From assembly GCA_052168235.1 (NCBI GenBank), contig JBQLZK010000025.1, positions 25,594 through 89,593 of the forward strand: a stretch of 64,000 nucleotides of DNA, given 5' to 3'. Under the pieces are notes generated by a model, which made no database searches, was not told where the DNA came from, and was given only the letters and a program-made list of their open reading frames with translations. Below, piece by piece: positions 17,569 through 27,500 of the stretch. The DNA is from Thainema sp. GTDB taxonomy: Bacteria > Cyanobacteriota > Cyanobacteriia > Phormidesmidales > Phormidesmidaceae. A program made the position numbers and the translations under genes. How positions within the stretch are numbered: position 1 is the stretch's first letter; each line of letters opens with the position of its first letter.

Positions 17569-19413
17569 CTACTTTAGGTGGGGAGAGGTGGAGGAGTTTG
17601 CATCTTGGACGGCAGACTGCATCTGGTAGAGTGCGGCGTAGTGTCCCTGGCGGCGCATGAGTGCGGCGTGGGTGCCCTGTTCGAGGATTTGACCCTGCTC
17701 CAGATAGAGAATTTGATCGGCTTGGGTGGCCAAGTATAGATTGTGAGTAATTAAAAAAGTGGTGCGATCGCAGGCTAGTCTCCGCAATGCTTCAATTACG
17801 GCTTGCTCATTGGCATTATCGAGGCCAGTGGTTGGCTCATCCAGGATTAAAATTGGTGTGCGGCGGATGGCGGCACGTGCGATCGCAATTCGCTGGCGCT
17901 GCCCTCCTGATAAAGTTGCGCCACGTTCACCGACTACGGTGTCGTAACCCTGGGGTAACGCGGTGATAAATTCATGGGCATTGGCTAACCGAGCCGCTGC
18001 CTCAATCTCGGCATCGCTGACTCCGGCTACACCGTGAGCAATATTTTCCCGAATTGTGGCGGCAAACAGCAGGCTATCCTGCAGGACGGCGCTGATCTGG
18101 GGACGCAAACTATCCAGGGTATAGTCGCGAATATCTTGTCCATCAATTAGAATCCGCCCAGCCGTTGGATCGTAGAGCCGCAGCAGTAGGCTGACTAGGG
18201 TAGACTTGCCGCTACCGGATGCTCCGACAATGGCGATTTGTTGTCCCGGCTGGGCCGTTAGATTAATCCCTCGCAGGACGCTGTGACCAGGTTCATAGGC
18301 AAAGTGGAGATTTGTGAGCTGTACTTGGCCTCGGAAGATGGGAGCTGGTTGGGCTGTTTTGCGATCGCACACGTCGGGCGTTTGCTCTAACACGTTAAGA
18401 ATCCGCTCACCAGAGGCGGCGGCTTTGGCCAGGCGACCTGTGTATTTGGCAAAATTCTGCACTGGCTTAAAGGCATTCTTGAGATAAGTCAGGAACACCA
18501 GCACATCGCCTGGTGAGAGGGCATCCTGGATTACTAAGCGCGCACCGTACCACAGCACTAGCGCTGTACCGAGAGCAATAATCACGTCTACAGTACGCTC
18601 TAGGTGAGCCGCTAACCGCTTGGTTTCAACGCTTTCCTTCAGGCTGCGGTGATTCTGCTGAGCAAAGAGATCGGCAAAAGCCTGTTCGAGCGACAGAGCC
18701 TGCACCAGCTTAATGGCAGACAGGGATTCCGCTGCCGTGGCCGCTACGGCTCCCTCCTGCTGCCGTTGATAGAGGGATGCACTGCGGATACGGCGGCTCA
18801 AGCGGGTTGCCGCTAGGGCAAAGAGGGGAAATGTCACCAGCGAGAGCAGCGTTAGTTTCCAGTCGAGCCAAGCCATGACGATGACCATGCCCGCTAGCGT
18901 CAAAAGGCTGACGACGAGTGGCAAAGCGGCTGTGAGTAGAATTTCCTGAAGACGGCTGGCATCGCTGCTGACGCGCACAATCAAGTCACCGCTGCGGGCT
19001 TGACTGTGATAGCGCAAAGATAACCGCTGGAGATGGCGGTAGAGCTGATTCCGCGCTTGGGTCATCACCCGGCTGCCGACAATTGCCAGGCTGACGGTAC
19101 TCCAATACGCTGCGATCGCACGAAGTCCGGTAATGACAATGACGCTGATGGCCGTGAATGTCAGTAGGAGCACCGGATCGAGCGCAGCCAAGCCAGATAG
19201 GGGATTAGAATCCTCTGTACGAGCAGGAATTAGCACATAGTCAAAGATAATTTTGAGCGGCCAGGGTTCTAGTACCCGCAGCCCAACATCCGCGAGTAGC
19301 GCTAGGCCGGAAATCATCAGTAATCCCCGCTGCTGTCGAATATAGGGCCAAAAGGTGCAGACGATGCGCCATAAGCCAGGTACTGTTTGTTGGATGGGGG
19401 TGGAGCGGGTCAT
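17569..19413 (-). CDS. ABC exporter, fused permease and ATPase (MsbA-like)
   Basis: TM domain with LEPWPLK; Walker A GASGSGKS; LSGGQRQR; ILDEPT. Confidence 0.95.
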   Translation of the reverse strand: MTRSTPIQQTVPGLWRIVCTFWPYIRQQRGLLMISGLALLADVGLRVLEPWPLKIIFDYVLIPARTEDSNPLSGLAALDPVLLLTFTAISVIVITGLRAIAAYWSTVSLAIVGSRVMTQARNQLYRHLQRLSLRYHSQARSGDLIVRVSSDASRLQEILLTAALPLVVSLLTLAGMVIVMAWLDWKLTLLSLVTFPLFALAATRLSRRIRSASLYQRQQEGAVAATAAESLSAIKLVQALSLEQAFADLFAQQNHRSLKESVETKRLAAHLERTVDVIIALGTALVLWYGARLVIQDALSPGDVLVFLTYLKNAFKPVQNFAKYTGRLAKAAASGERILNVLEQTPDVCDRKTAQPAPIFRGQVQLTNLHFAYEPGHSVLRGINLTAQPGQQIAIVGASGSGKSTLVSLLLRLYDPTAGRILIDGQDIRDYTLDSLRPQISAVLQDSLLFAATIRENIAHGVAGVSDAEIEAAARLANAHEFITALPQGYDTVVGERGATLSGGQRQRIAIARAAIRRTPILILDEPTTGLDNANEQAVIEALRRLACDRTTFLITHNLYLATQADQILYLEQGQILEQGTHAALMRRQGHYAALYQMQSAVQDANSSTSPHLK

Positions 19414-20633
19414 AGAGGTGTTTTTTCTGGAATACGGTGTAAGTGGGGGAGTTGGCGAGTTGGCGAGTTGGGGAGTGGGAGGGTGTGGACTTGTGCGATC
19501 GCAAGTATGCGTTGGGCGATGGTGTCCCAGGTATGGTGGGTCAGAATCTGCTGTCGGGCGGCTTGTCCCAAGTCGCGTCTCAGAGGAGGCGATTGCCAGA
19601 GCTGTTCGAGTGCTGTCGCTAAGGCCGCTTCGTTGCCTGGAGGGCAGAGCAACCCAGTGACGCCATCGTCGATCAGTTCGCTGATCTGCCCAATATGGCT
19701 GGCGACGACGGGTAATCCTGCTGCCATATATTCGACTACTTTCAAGGGAGAGAAATAGAACTCAGCACTGGCCGGATAAGGGGCAACGGCCACATCCATT
19801 GCGGACAGGAGTTTGGGAATGGCAGCTGGGGGAACCGCGCCAGTTAGATGAGTGACAGCTTGCAGGTTGCGCTGCTGTAAATCGGCTATCAGGGACTCGC
19901 TTTGCGGCCCATTGCCGACAATCAGTAAACGAGCTTTGGGAACCCGCTGATAGAGCTGATCAAAGGCGTTAACCAGATGAGAAAGGCCATGCCAGGGTTT
20001 GAGAGAACCGACAAAGCCAACGGTAAATGTGTCGCTGGCGGCGCGATGACTCGGCTGGCAGCGATTGAGAAAACGGTGGTGATCAACGCCGTTGGGGATG
20101 ACATGGATGTTCTCTGCACTAACCCAGTTGCTGAGATACTGCTTGACAGCTTGTGATACTGCAATGATGCCACTAGCGGATTGAAACACTCGCTGCGCTA
20201 CCTGTTCAGCTACATCTCGGTTGATCAGGCTGCGGTGCTGCGCTTGCTCCTCAATTAGCGGTGCATTCACCTCCAGCAGCCCTGGAATTCCCATGTGCTG
20301 GGCATACTCCATCGCGCTGTAACTCCACAAGGAGTAGCGTTCGTAGACCAGATCAAAGGGGCCTGCCAGCTTCAAATCAGTATATAAATCGGGATTGGTT
20401 GAGAAGGCCAGTTGCTCTCGAAGGGCAGCGTCACCTTTTGGTACGGGTGGTAAACGGTGTATTTTCAAGTCTTCTAAGTCCGATGGTGGATCACCATCTA
20501 AACGCACGGCAAATAGCTCCACAGTTGCACCTTGATGACGAAATGCTCGAATCACCTCTTGAACATGGATAGAGCAACCCTTTTGACCGAAAACTGGAAT
20601 GCCCGGATCGGCGCAAACATAAGCAACCCGCAT
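19410..20633 (-). CDS. GT4 family glycosyltransferase
   Basis: MRVAYVCADPGIPVFG.KG.S.H, FVGSLKPWHG, SPLKVVEYMAAGLP; ATGA overlap with the ABC gene. Confidence 0.92.
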   Translation of the reverse strand: MRVAYVCADPGIPVFGQKGCSIHVQEVIRAFRHQGATVELFAVRLDGDPPSDLEDLKIHRLPPVPKGDAALREQLAFSTNPDLYTDLKLAGPFDLVYERYSLWSYSAMEYAQHMGIPGLLEVNAPLIEEQAQHRSLINRDVAEQVAQRVFQSASGIIAVSQAVKQYLSNWVSAENIHVIPNGVDHHRFLNRCQPSHRAASDTFTVGFVGSLKPWHGLSHLVNAFDQLYQRVPKARLLIVGNGPQSESLIADLQQRNLQAVTHLTGAVPPAAIPKLLSAMDVAVAPYPASAEFYFSPLKVVEYMAAGLPVVASHIGQISELIDDGVTGLLCPPGNEAALATALEQLWQSPPLRRDLGQAARQQILTHHTWDTIAQRILAIAQVHTLPLPNSPTRQLPHLHRIPEKTPL

Positions 20634-20636
20634 AAA

Positions 20637-21890
20637 CTATACCTCCTGAAGCGTAGGGGCTGGACGAGACTGGGACTGAAAGTGCGATCGCAATTCGGCA
20701 GCATTGCGAGTGATGTCAAACTCTGTTTCAATCAGCGTTCGGGCTTGACGCGCAACCGTTTGCCGTAAATCCGGTTCTGTCAAGAACCGCTCTAGGGCCG
20801 TTGCTAAACCTGGAGCATCATGCTGGGCAACGAGTAGACCCGTTTTCCCGTCGCGAATAATTTCGGGAATACCTGTTACATCCGTGGCGACACAGGGCGT
20901 GCCCAGTGCCATCGCTTCTAATAACGCAGTCGGTAACCCATCCCGATTGCCGTCGGAACCAATCACATAGGGCGCGGCAAAGACCGCTGCTGATTGCATG
21001 AGCTGAAAGACTTCGCGTTGAGGTCGGGGGCCAAGAATTTCCACCCAGTCATCTAAATGATGAGCTTGGATCTGCGATCGCAGTTCTGACTCTAGTGGCC
21101 CAGTGCCGACAATCTGACAGGTAAACTCACAACCTCGCTGCCGCAGGAGATGACAGGCGTCGATCAAGCGAGCCAATCCCTTCTTTTCCACTAACCGACA
21201 AACCGACAGGATCTTGGCTGGCCGCTGGCTAGGAGGCTGGTACTGTAAGTTAGCTAAATCCATACCGTTGTAAATGCGCTGTACCGTCTGTGCGGCTGTG
21301 CCAAATTGCTGTTTAAGATAGGCAACGTTGTAGTCACTGACCGTAATGACTGCTGCGGCATCCTGAAGCTTGCGCCGCAGGTCTTCTGGCTCGACGCTGT
21401 CATGAAAGATGTCTTTTGCATGAGCCGTAAAGCTATAGGGTACATCGGCAAAATGGGCAGCGATGCGGGCGACGCTCGTGGCAACACTGCCAAAATGGGC
21501 ATGAAGATGGGTAATGCCTCGCTGCCGAATCTCTTGCGCTAGCCAAGCGGCTTGATAAACCACGCTAGCGGATTCGCCTGCGGCATACTTCAGCTTTTGC
21601 CAAAAGTTGGGTATCACCTGAGCAGCCTGCTGCATTTCAGCCCAAAGGTAACTGGCAGCGGTCGGATTGAGGCTGTTTAAGGCTGGAGTAACGCGACCTT
21701 GTGAAGGTTTCCGCAAATACGTAACAGGCGCACGCACTTGGCTGATCTTGTCCTGAAAGTGAGTGTCCACGGGAGGACGCAGGGCAAAGATGTGCAGGTC
21801 TAGTCCAGCAGCTTCATGGGCCAGAATTTCATTGACAATAAAGGTTTCTGAGTAGCGGGGATACCGTTTAACGATGTAAGCAATACGCAT
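20637..21890 (-). CDS. GT4 family glycosyltransferase (WcaL-like)
   Basis: KRYPRYSETFI, HLHAHF, FTAHAKDI, RLVEKKG, DGLPTALLEAMA. Confidence 0.92.
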   Translation of the reverse strand: MRIAYIVKRYPRYSETFIVNEILAHEAAGLDLHIFALRPPVDTHFQDKISQVRAPVTYLRKPSQGRVTPALNSLNPTAASYLWAEMQQAAQVIPNFWQKLKYAAGESASVVYQAAWLAQEIRQRGITHLHAHFGSVATSVARIAAHFADVPYSFTAHAKDIFHDSVEPEDLRRKLQDAAAVITVSDYNVAYLKQQFGTAAQTVQRIYNGMDLANLQYQPPSQRPAKILSVCRLVEKKGLARLIDACHLLRQRGCEFTCQIVGTGPLESELRSQIQAHHLDDWVEILGPRPQREVFQLMQSAAVFAAPYVIGSDGNRDGLPTALLEAMALGTPCVATDVTGIPEIIRDGKTGLLVAQHDAPGLATALERFLTEPDLRQTVARQARTLIETEFDITRNAAELRSHFQSQSRPAPTLQEV

Positions 21891-22024
21891 GTTAGCCAAA
21901 TGAGTTGAGTAAATTACATGTTTAACCAGCTAGTAGAGGGTGGACATCGCCAACCAACTTCAACCTATTGGTCGTGCTAAAGCCTTATGGTTAATGCGAT
22001 ACGGCGTTGTCCAGCTGTTAATCT

Positions 22025-23410
22025 TCAAGAGGCTCGGACAGTGGTCAGATGCGATTCGGATAGTAGGCACTGCAGCTCCAGCAGCAGATTGTCCAAACCA
22101 CAGAGATTCACGGCGGGGTAGGGTGGCGGCTGGATTGGCTGATGTAGCCAATCCGTTAGCGTATCGGGATTGATGGCCGTAGGGTGCAGGACATCGACTA
22201 AACCCATCTGTTGAAGACGTTCGGCCCGAATCCACTGCTCTAGGCGAGGAGTAACGCGCGGGACTAGCAGCGTTGGTTTCTGGAAAGAAAGAACTTCGCA
22301 GGTTGTGTTGTAGCCACCCATCGCAACAATTCGACTGGCTCGTTCCAGCAGTAGCGTAGGTTCGTCTAGATAATCAATGATGCGGAGTTGGGGATTGGCT
22401 ATGGCCCAAGCATGAAGCTGCTGCTTCTGTTCCGGCGGCATGAAGGGACCAGTCAGTAAGACGCCAGTTGTATGGGTCGGAAACGTCGCTTGAGCAAAGG
22501 CTGCCGCTAGTGTTGCACCGTCCTGGCCACCACCCACCAGGCACAATACCAAATCCGTTTCGGGTAGTGCCAGCGCATCTAAGCTGGCATATAAACCAGG
22601 ATTGGCATAGCGCAGTCGCGATCGCTGATCTAGATAACCCAGTGGACGAATTTTGCTAATAATATCGGGCGGTAAATCATATTCTTGACGGAGATCATAT
22701 ACCGCTGGATCGCCATAAACCCAGACTGCATCATAGTAGCGACGAATAGCTGTTTCATTATCGGCTCGTTGCCAATCTCGCTGGACGGCGGCTGGCGTGT
22801 CGAGCACATCCCGCAAACCGAGAACACAGCGGATCTGAGGCTGCGACTTAATATACTCTAAGGTTGGATCAAGCTCGCGCACGGCTCCGCGCGGCACATT
22901 GTCAACAATCAATATATCGGGCTGGAAACTTTTAATGGCGGTGCGAATCAGTTGCGATCGCATTCCAATCATTTCTTCCAAGGTCAGCCCCAAACGGCGG
23001 GATTGATACTGACCATCGGCACATTTATAAAGAGCGGGTAGCGTTAGGCAGTCCACTCCAGCGGGTGTCGGCACATCACTGGCATCCCTCATGCCGCTAA
23101 TCATCAAGATGTCGGCATTCAGCGCTGATGCCCCCAGAGTTTGAGCAATCAGGAGGTTGCGCCGCTTGTGACCGAGTCCCATTGTGTCATGGGAGTAGAG
23201 AGCAAGCCGCCAGCGCCGTTGGTCAGGAACAGGCGATGCAGTCGAACAGAGCTGATCGTTTAGTGTTCTTAAATTAGGTGATGGAGATGCACTAAACCGT
23301 CGCCTTATCTGACTAGATAAGGGTTGTTTAATTTGATTGAGTGAGAACACGTTTCTTTTCCTTACAGATTGACTTTTAGAAACGTTTTCTATGAGATAGA
23401 TGTTTTGCAT
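22025..23410 (-). CDS. COG4671-like glycosyltransferase (GT28 C-terminal-like domain)
   Basis: LYSHDTMGLGH..RN, VLGLRDVLD, VGGGQDG, MGGYNT, VPR..PRLEQ; true start probably downstream of 23410. Confidence 0.85.
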   Translation of the reverse strand: MQNIYLIENVSKSQSVRKRNVFSLNQIKQPLSSQIRRRFSASPSPNLRTLNDQLCSTASPVPDQRRWRLALYSHDTMGLGHKRRNLLIAQTLGASALNADILMISGMRDASDVPTPAGVDCLTLPALYKCADGQYQSRRLGLTLEEMIGMRSQLIRTAIKSFQPDILIVDNVPRGAVRELDPTLEYIKSQPQIRCVLGLRDVLDTPAAVQRDWQRADNETAIRRYYDAVWVYGDPAVYDLRQEYDLPPDIISKIRPLGYLDQRSRLRYANPGLYASLDALALPETDLVLCLVGGGQDGATLAAAFAQATFPTHTTGVLLTGPFMPPEQKQQLHAWAIANPQLRIIDYLDEPTLLLERASRIVAMGGYNTTCEVLSFQKPTLLVPRVTPRLEQWIRAERLQQMGLVDVLHPTAINPDTLTDWLHQPIQPPPYPAVNLCGLDNLLLELQCLLSESHLTTVRAS

Positions 23411-23426
23411 CTATCTCATAGAAAAC
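23384..23426. repeat. Perfect inverted repeat (19-bp arms)
   Basis: GTTTTCTATGAGATAGATG-ttttg-CATCTATCTCATAGAAAAC. Confidence 0.8.
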
Positions 23427-23727
23427 TCAGCTAGGTTTTTGTTAGAGATTCGGGCTTTGGGGCTTAATGACTTATTAATGTGTCAGGCGGCGATTGCTCC
23501 GCTATGGGGCAGAACATCCCGCTTGGCAATAAGCTGGTTAAGCCTAAGTTAATAATGGCGTTCGTCTCTAAAGGTTCAGTGAAGCCAAAATGAGAAAGCT
23601 TTCATATACGAGTTCCCGTCCTGATGCGAATTCTTTTATATGCTTTCTCTCCGTAAGCCATGCCGTTTTGCGTGAAGCTATAGGCGGTTTCTTGACCTGC
23701 CTCATCCTCTCAGCCCCAGAACCGCAT

Positions 23728-24363
23728 ATGAACAGCCCCTCTTCGACTATCCGATCAAACCGCTTAGGCTGGGTTGGGTTTGTGATTGCGACTTTGGCTA
23801 TCCTGCTCGTCTCTCACCTGATCCTCTATCCTCAGCCCACACCCGAAACGCTCTTGCTGGCCCTACGGGTCACGTCGTTGACCACAGCCATTCCACTGTG
23901 GCTGGTGTTCGTTGCCCAACCCATTGCCCTCGTTGCTTCAGAGGTAGCCCATTGGATTCAAGCCAATCGCCGCTATTTGTGGCTCACGCTAACGGCATCC
24001 CATCTCATGCACCGGTATCAAATCGGGCTGTACTACCAAGTTGGACAACAGTGTCCGTTGATTGTGTGGCTGGTGACGCTGCCCGTTTGGATTGTGTTGG
24101 TCATTGTTGCCGCCATTGAATGGGTACGTCCCCAATGGCTCACTGTCCCCGCTACGACATCAACACTCATGAGACTGAGATCGGCTTATTGGCTTGGTTT
24201 AGGTTACGTCTGGCTGATTTTTACATTGGCCTTTGGCCTCGGAGCCATTGCTCGTCATCTGCCTTTCTACAACATTCCAGCCCTTCTTCTATTTTTAGCC
24301 GGGGGCGCACTCCACGTAATGGGATGGCTTCGACGCGCTGCAGCACCTCCCTCTGGTGTCTAA
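23728..24363 (+). CDS. Integral membrane protein, ferric-reductase/MsrQ-like TM domain
   Basis: About 6 TM; NRRYLWL...SHLMH resembles the RRxLG..H motif; ATG at 23728 preferred. Confidence 0.6.
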   Translation: MNSPSSTIRSNRLGWVGFVIATLAILLVSHLILYPQPTPETLLLALRVTSLTTAIPLWLVFVAQPIALVASEVAHWIQANRRYLWLTLTASHLMHRYQIGLYYQVGQQCPLIVWLVTLPVWIVLVIVAAIEWVRPQWLTVPATTSTLMRLRSAYWLGLGYVWLIFTLAFGLGAIARHLPFYNIPALLLFLAGGALHVMGWLRRAAAPPSGV

Positions 24364-24455
24364 TAGACTTTATTGGAAATAAAGTTTTTGGGGTTGGAAA
24401 TTGTTTTGTAGCGCGGCTCCGCCGCGCTACAAAACAATTTCCGATAAGGTCTAAT
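24361..24455. mobile_element. 95-bp MITE-like element, copy 1
   Basis: TIR TAGACTTTATTGGAAAT / ATTTCCGATAAGGTCTA with internal hairpin; near-identical copy at 63695-63789. Confidence 0.85.
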
Positions 24456-24506
24456 ATCCAGACTGGATATAAAACAGCCTATGGAATTGGACGTTGCTTA
24501 ATCTGG

Positions 24507-24552
24507 GGATGAATGGTGATGTGGGACGGTGCTCCCACATCACCATTCATCC
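24507..24552. repeat. Perfect inverted repeat (20-bp arms) at the CHAT gene stop
   Basis: GGATGAATGGTGATGTGGGA-cggtgc-TCCCACATCACCATTCATCC. Confidence 0.8.
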
Positions 24553-27500
24553 TAAAAATCAGCAATTTCTGGAGCTGAGGTACTCCCAATCTGAACGAAG
24601 GCAGCCCATACTGCTGGGTCAGGATAAACCTCACGGGTTGAAAGCATGGCTTGGCGAAGCGCTTGAGCGGTATCTAAACCTTGGAGTCGCTGTTGGTGGA
24701 AGGCAATCATTAGCTCTGCTGTCGGAGCATCTGGCACTTGCCACAGGGAGACAACGACTCTGGGTACACCAGCCGCCATGAATGAGCGAGACAGACCAAT
24801 CACACCGTCACCCGTAATTCTGCCTCGTCCCGTGTCGCAAGCGCTCAGAATGACCAGATCAGCCTGCAATGGCAGATCAAGAATTTCAGCCGCTGTTAAA
24901 AAGCCGTCATTTCGGGCATCTGGAGCTAGAGCAACGGCTCCCTGTAGCGGTTGGGATTCATCAAACTGTCCATGAGTCGCTAAGTGAATGAGGCTGGCAG
25001 AAGAAAGCTGATCTTTGATTTGTGACTCTGTTGCGACATCACCGAGAAGAGGAGAGGTTGAGAGTAGCTCGGCAATCGACGCGGCTTCGGTCTCAGCACT
25101 GGGTAGAGGAGCATAGTTGCCAGGCATGGGGCTGGGATTGCCTACAATCAGGGCTTCTGTAGTGATAGCTCTTGAGTTGGTAGTCGTCTGATTAAGCAGT
25201 TCAAGGGCTTGGATAGAGGGAGTTATGGCAGGTGTGTATTGCTCAATTAAGTATCGTCCCTGATCGTCCTGGAGAGCAGCGAAGGGAACGAGGAAGAGAT
25301 GTTCTTGGGGCACGAAGATAACAGGGGCTGTTGGATCAGAGGGGAGCAAATCCGAGATCGGATCAATCAGCAGAGCGTGCAGTTGCTGAAGTGGGTTAGC
25401 TTTTGGTGTTGCTTCGTCCACTCGATAAATTTGATCCACGGGCAGCACGGGATTGGGCAATACAAATTCGGGATGCGTCACGGTGACCGTTTGGCCATCA
25501 GCAGACACTGAAACCACTTGGTAGGGAGCGATATTGGGCAAGTCTCCCTGGCGTCTGACAAAGTCTCCTGGGCGAATGGGTGTACTTCTAGCGGCATCGG
25601 CCACTATACCAATGCCGCGATTGTTGGCCACAGCGGTATCTAAGCTGCGACCCGTGAGCGCTAAGCGCGCCTCTGTGACGACACTTTGGACAGAGCTGGC
25701 AGAAAGCGAATCGCGTAGACTGACTTGCCGGAACTGCACGGTGCCGTTGGGTTGCACAACCCAGATGTAGAGTCGGGCATCACGCGGTTCAATCGGATTT
25801 TGGACAGAAACCGCGTGGGGTGCTTCAGCGGCTTGGTCGCGAATAATGGAATATTCCACTAGAGTCGCGTTTTGAGAGCGAGAGATTTGCTGCATTTGGG
25901 CAAGCGTAGGAGAAGACAATTCGCCTGCCTGCCTCGGATCAAACTGCTCGCGGGCCAGCAATTCGACAAACGCACGAGCGCGGCCTCGTTCAGAGATTTC
26001 GAGAGCAGGTGCGATTTTACCCTGGGTGACGAGAACTTCCTGGAGATTGCGATAGGCGGCTAGTTGAGTTTCAAAGATAGATACCTTGAAGTCATTGTTG
26101 GTGCCTAATCCAGCGCGGAGGGATTCCCAGATCGCAACGGCACTGAACAGAGCCTGTTCGGCTTCCGGCAATCGTTCCAGATAGAGCAACGCATTACCCA
26201 GATTGGTGAGCGCGATCCCTTCGCCCAAGCTGGCTCCCAATTGGCGGACAATCGTCAGGCTCTCTTGACTGTAGCGATAGGCTTGCTCGTAGTTTTGCTG
26301 ATACGCATAGGCTGTACTGAGTCCCAGCAAAATCTGGGCCGTTTCTAGCTCGTTGTTTAAAGTGGTGGCGAGTGCCAGCCCGTTTTCGTAAGCTGCGATC
26401 GCATCTGCGAAATTGCCTTGAATGGCTAATGTGGCCCCCAGGTTGCCGTAGGCTTGCATTTCACCATAGGTATCGCTTGCCCCACGGGAAATGTCGAGAC
26501 TGGTTTTCTGATAGTCAGCGGCTTGAGCATAGTTTTTTTCGGCAAAGTAGGCGTTGCCCAAGTTGCGATAGGTGAGAGCTTTCCACTGAGGCGCAGTCTC
26601 AATCGGCATCACCTCTAAACTGCGTCGATAGAAATCAATGGCTGTGGCATAGTCTCCTAAGGCCGCATAGGCTGCCCCAATGCCACCCAAGGCAATCCCT
26701 TTTTGGGTGGGATCATTGATAGCCGTTGCTTTTTCGAGCTGCTGTTGATGTAAATCGAGCGCGGTTAGATAATCGCCCAGGACAAAGTATGAAATGGCCA
26801 GGTTGTTCAGAGAGTAGGCAACCCATTGCGAATTATTTTGGGCAGTAGCGGTGGCTAGGTTTCCTTCATAGCAATCAATCAGGCGCTGATAAACAGTTGA
26901 AGTGCGATCGCGGGCTGCTGTTGCTTGAATTTTTTCGGCTTCGGCCTGACAGTTCTTGAGTTGCTGATTGACGGTTGAGTTTGAGTTAGCTGTGGATTCC
27001 GTGGTCGGCTCTGTTGTCGCCTCTTCTGGACGTGTGGCAACAGAATCAGCTCCAGGCTCTCCGGTTGACGATTCCGCCTCACTGGCAGAGTCTTCCGCTA
27101 CATCTACCGAAGCAGAGGGGGAAGATTCTGCTGGTAACGTTCCAGCAGCCGTATCTTCTACAGAAGCGCTAGAGGAATCAGCAGAAGGATCTTCAGGCTG
27201 AGGCTCGGTCTGCGGATCAACTTGCGGATCAACCTGTGGATCAACCGGAGAATCATCAGGGGGTGGATCATCAGGCTCCTGTAGCTGGCCAAAATCCGCT
27301 GTTCCACCTGGATCTCCGGGTTGACCAAAATCGGGCGACGTTTCAATGGTAAATCCCGAACTCGGAAAGTTGGCGGCGTTCCCTCCACTGTTACCGCTAG
27401 AACCGTTTCCTGTCCCCGTAACCACTGTGGCTTCCACAATCAACCAGGACGGCTCCGGCAGCACCATGCCGAGAATACTTAGTTCTTCGAGTAGAGGTGA

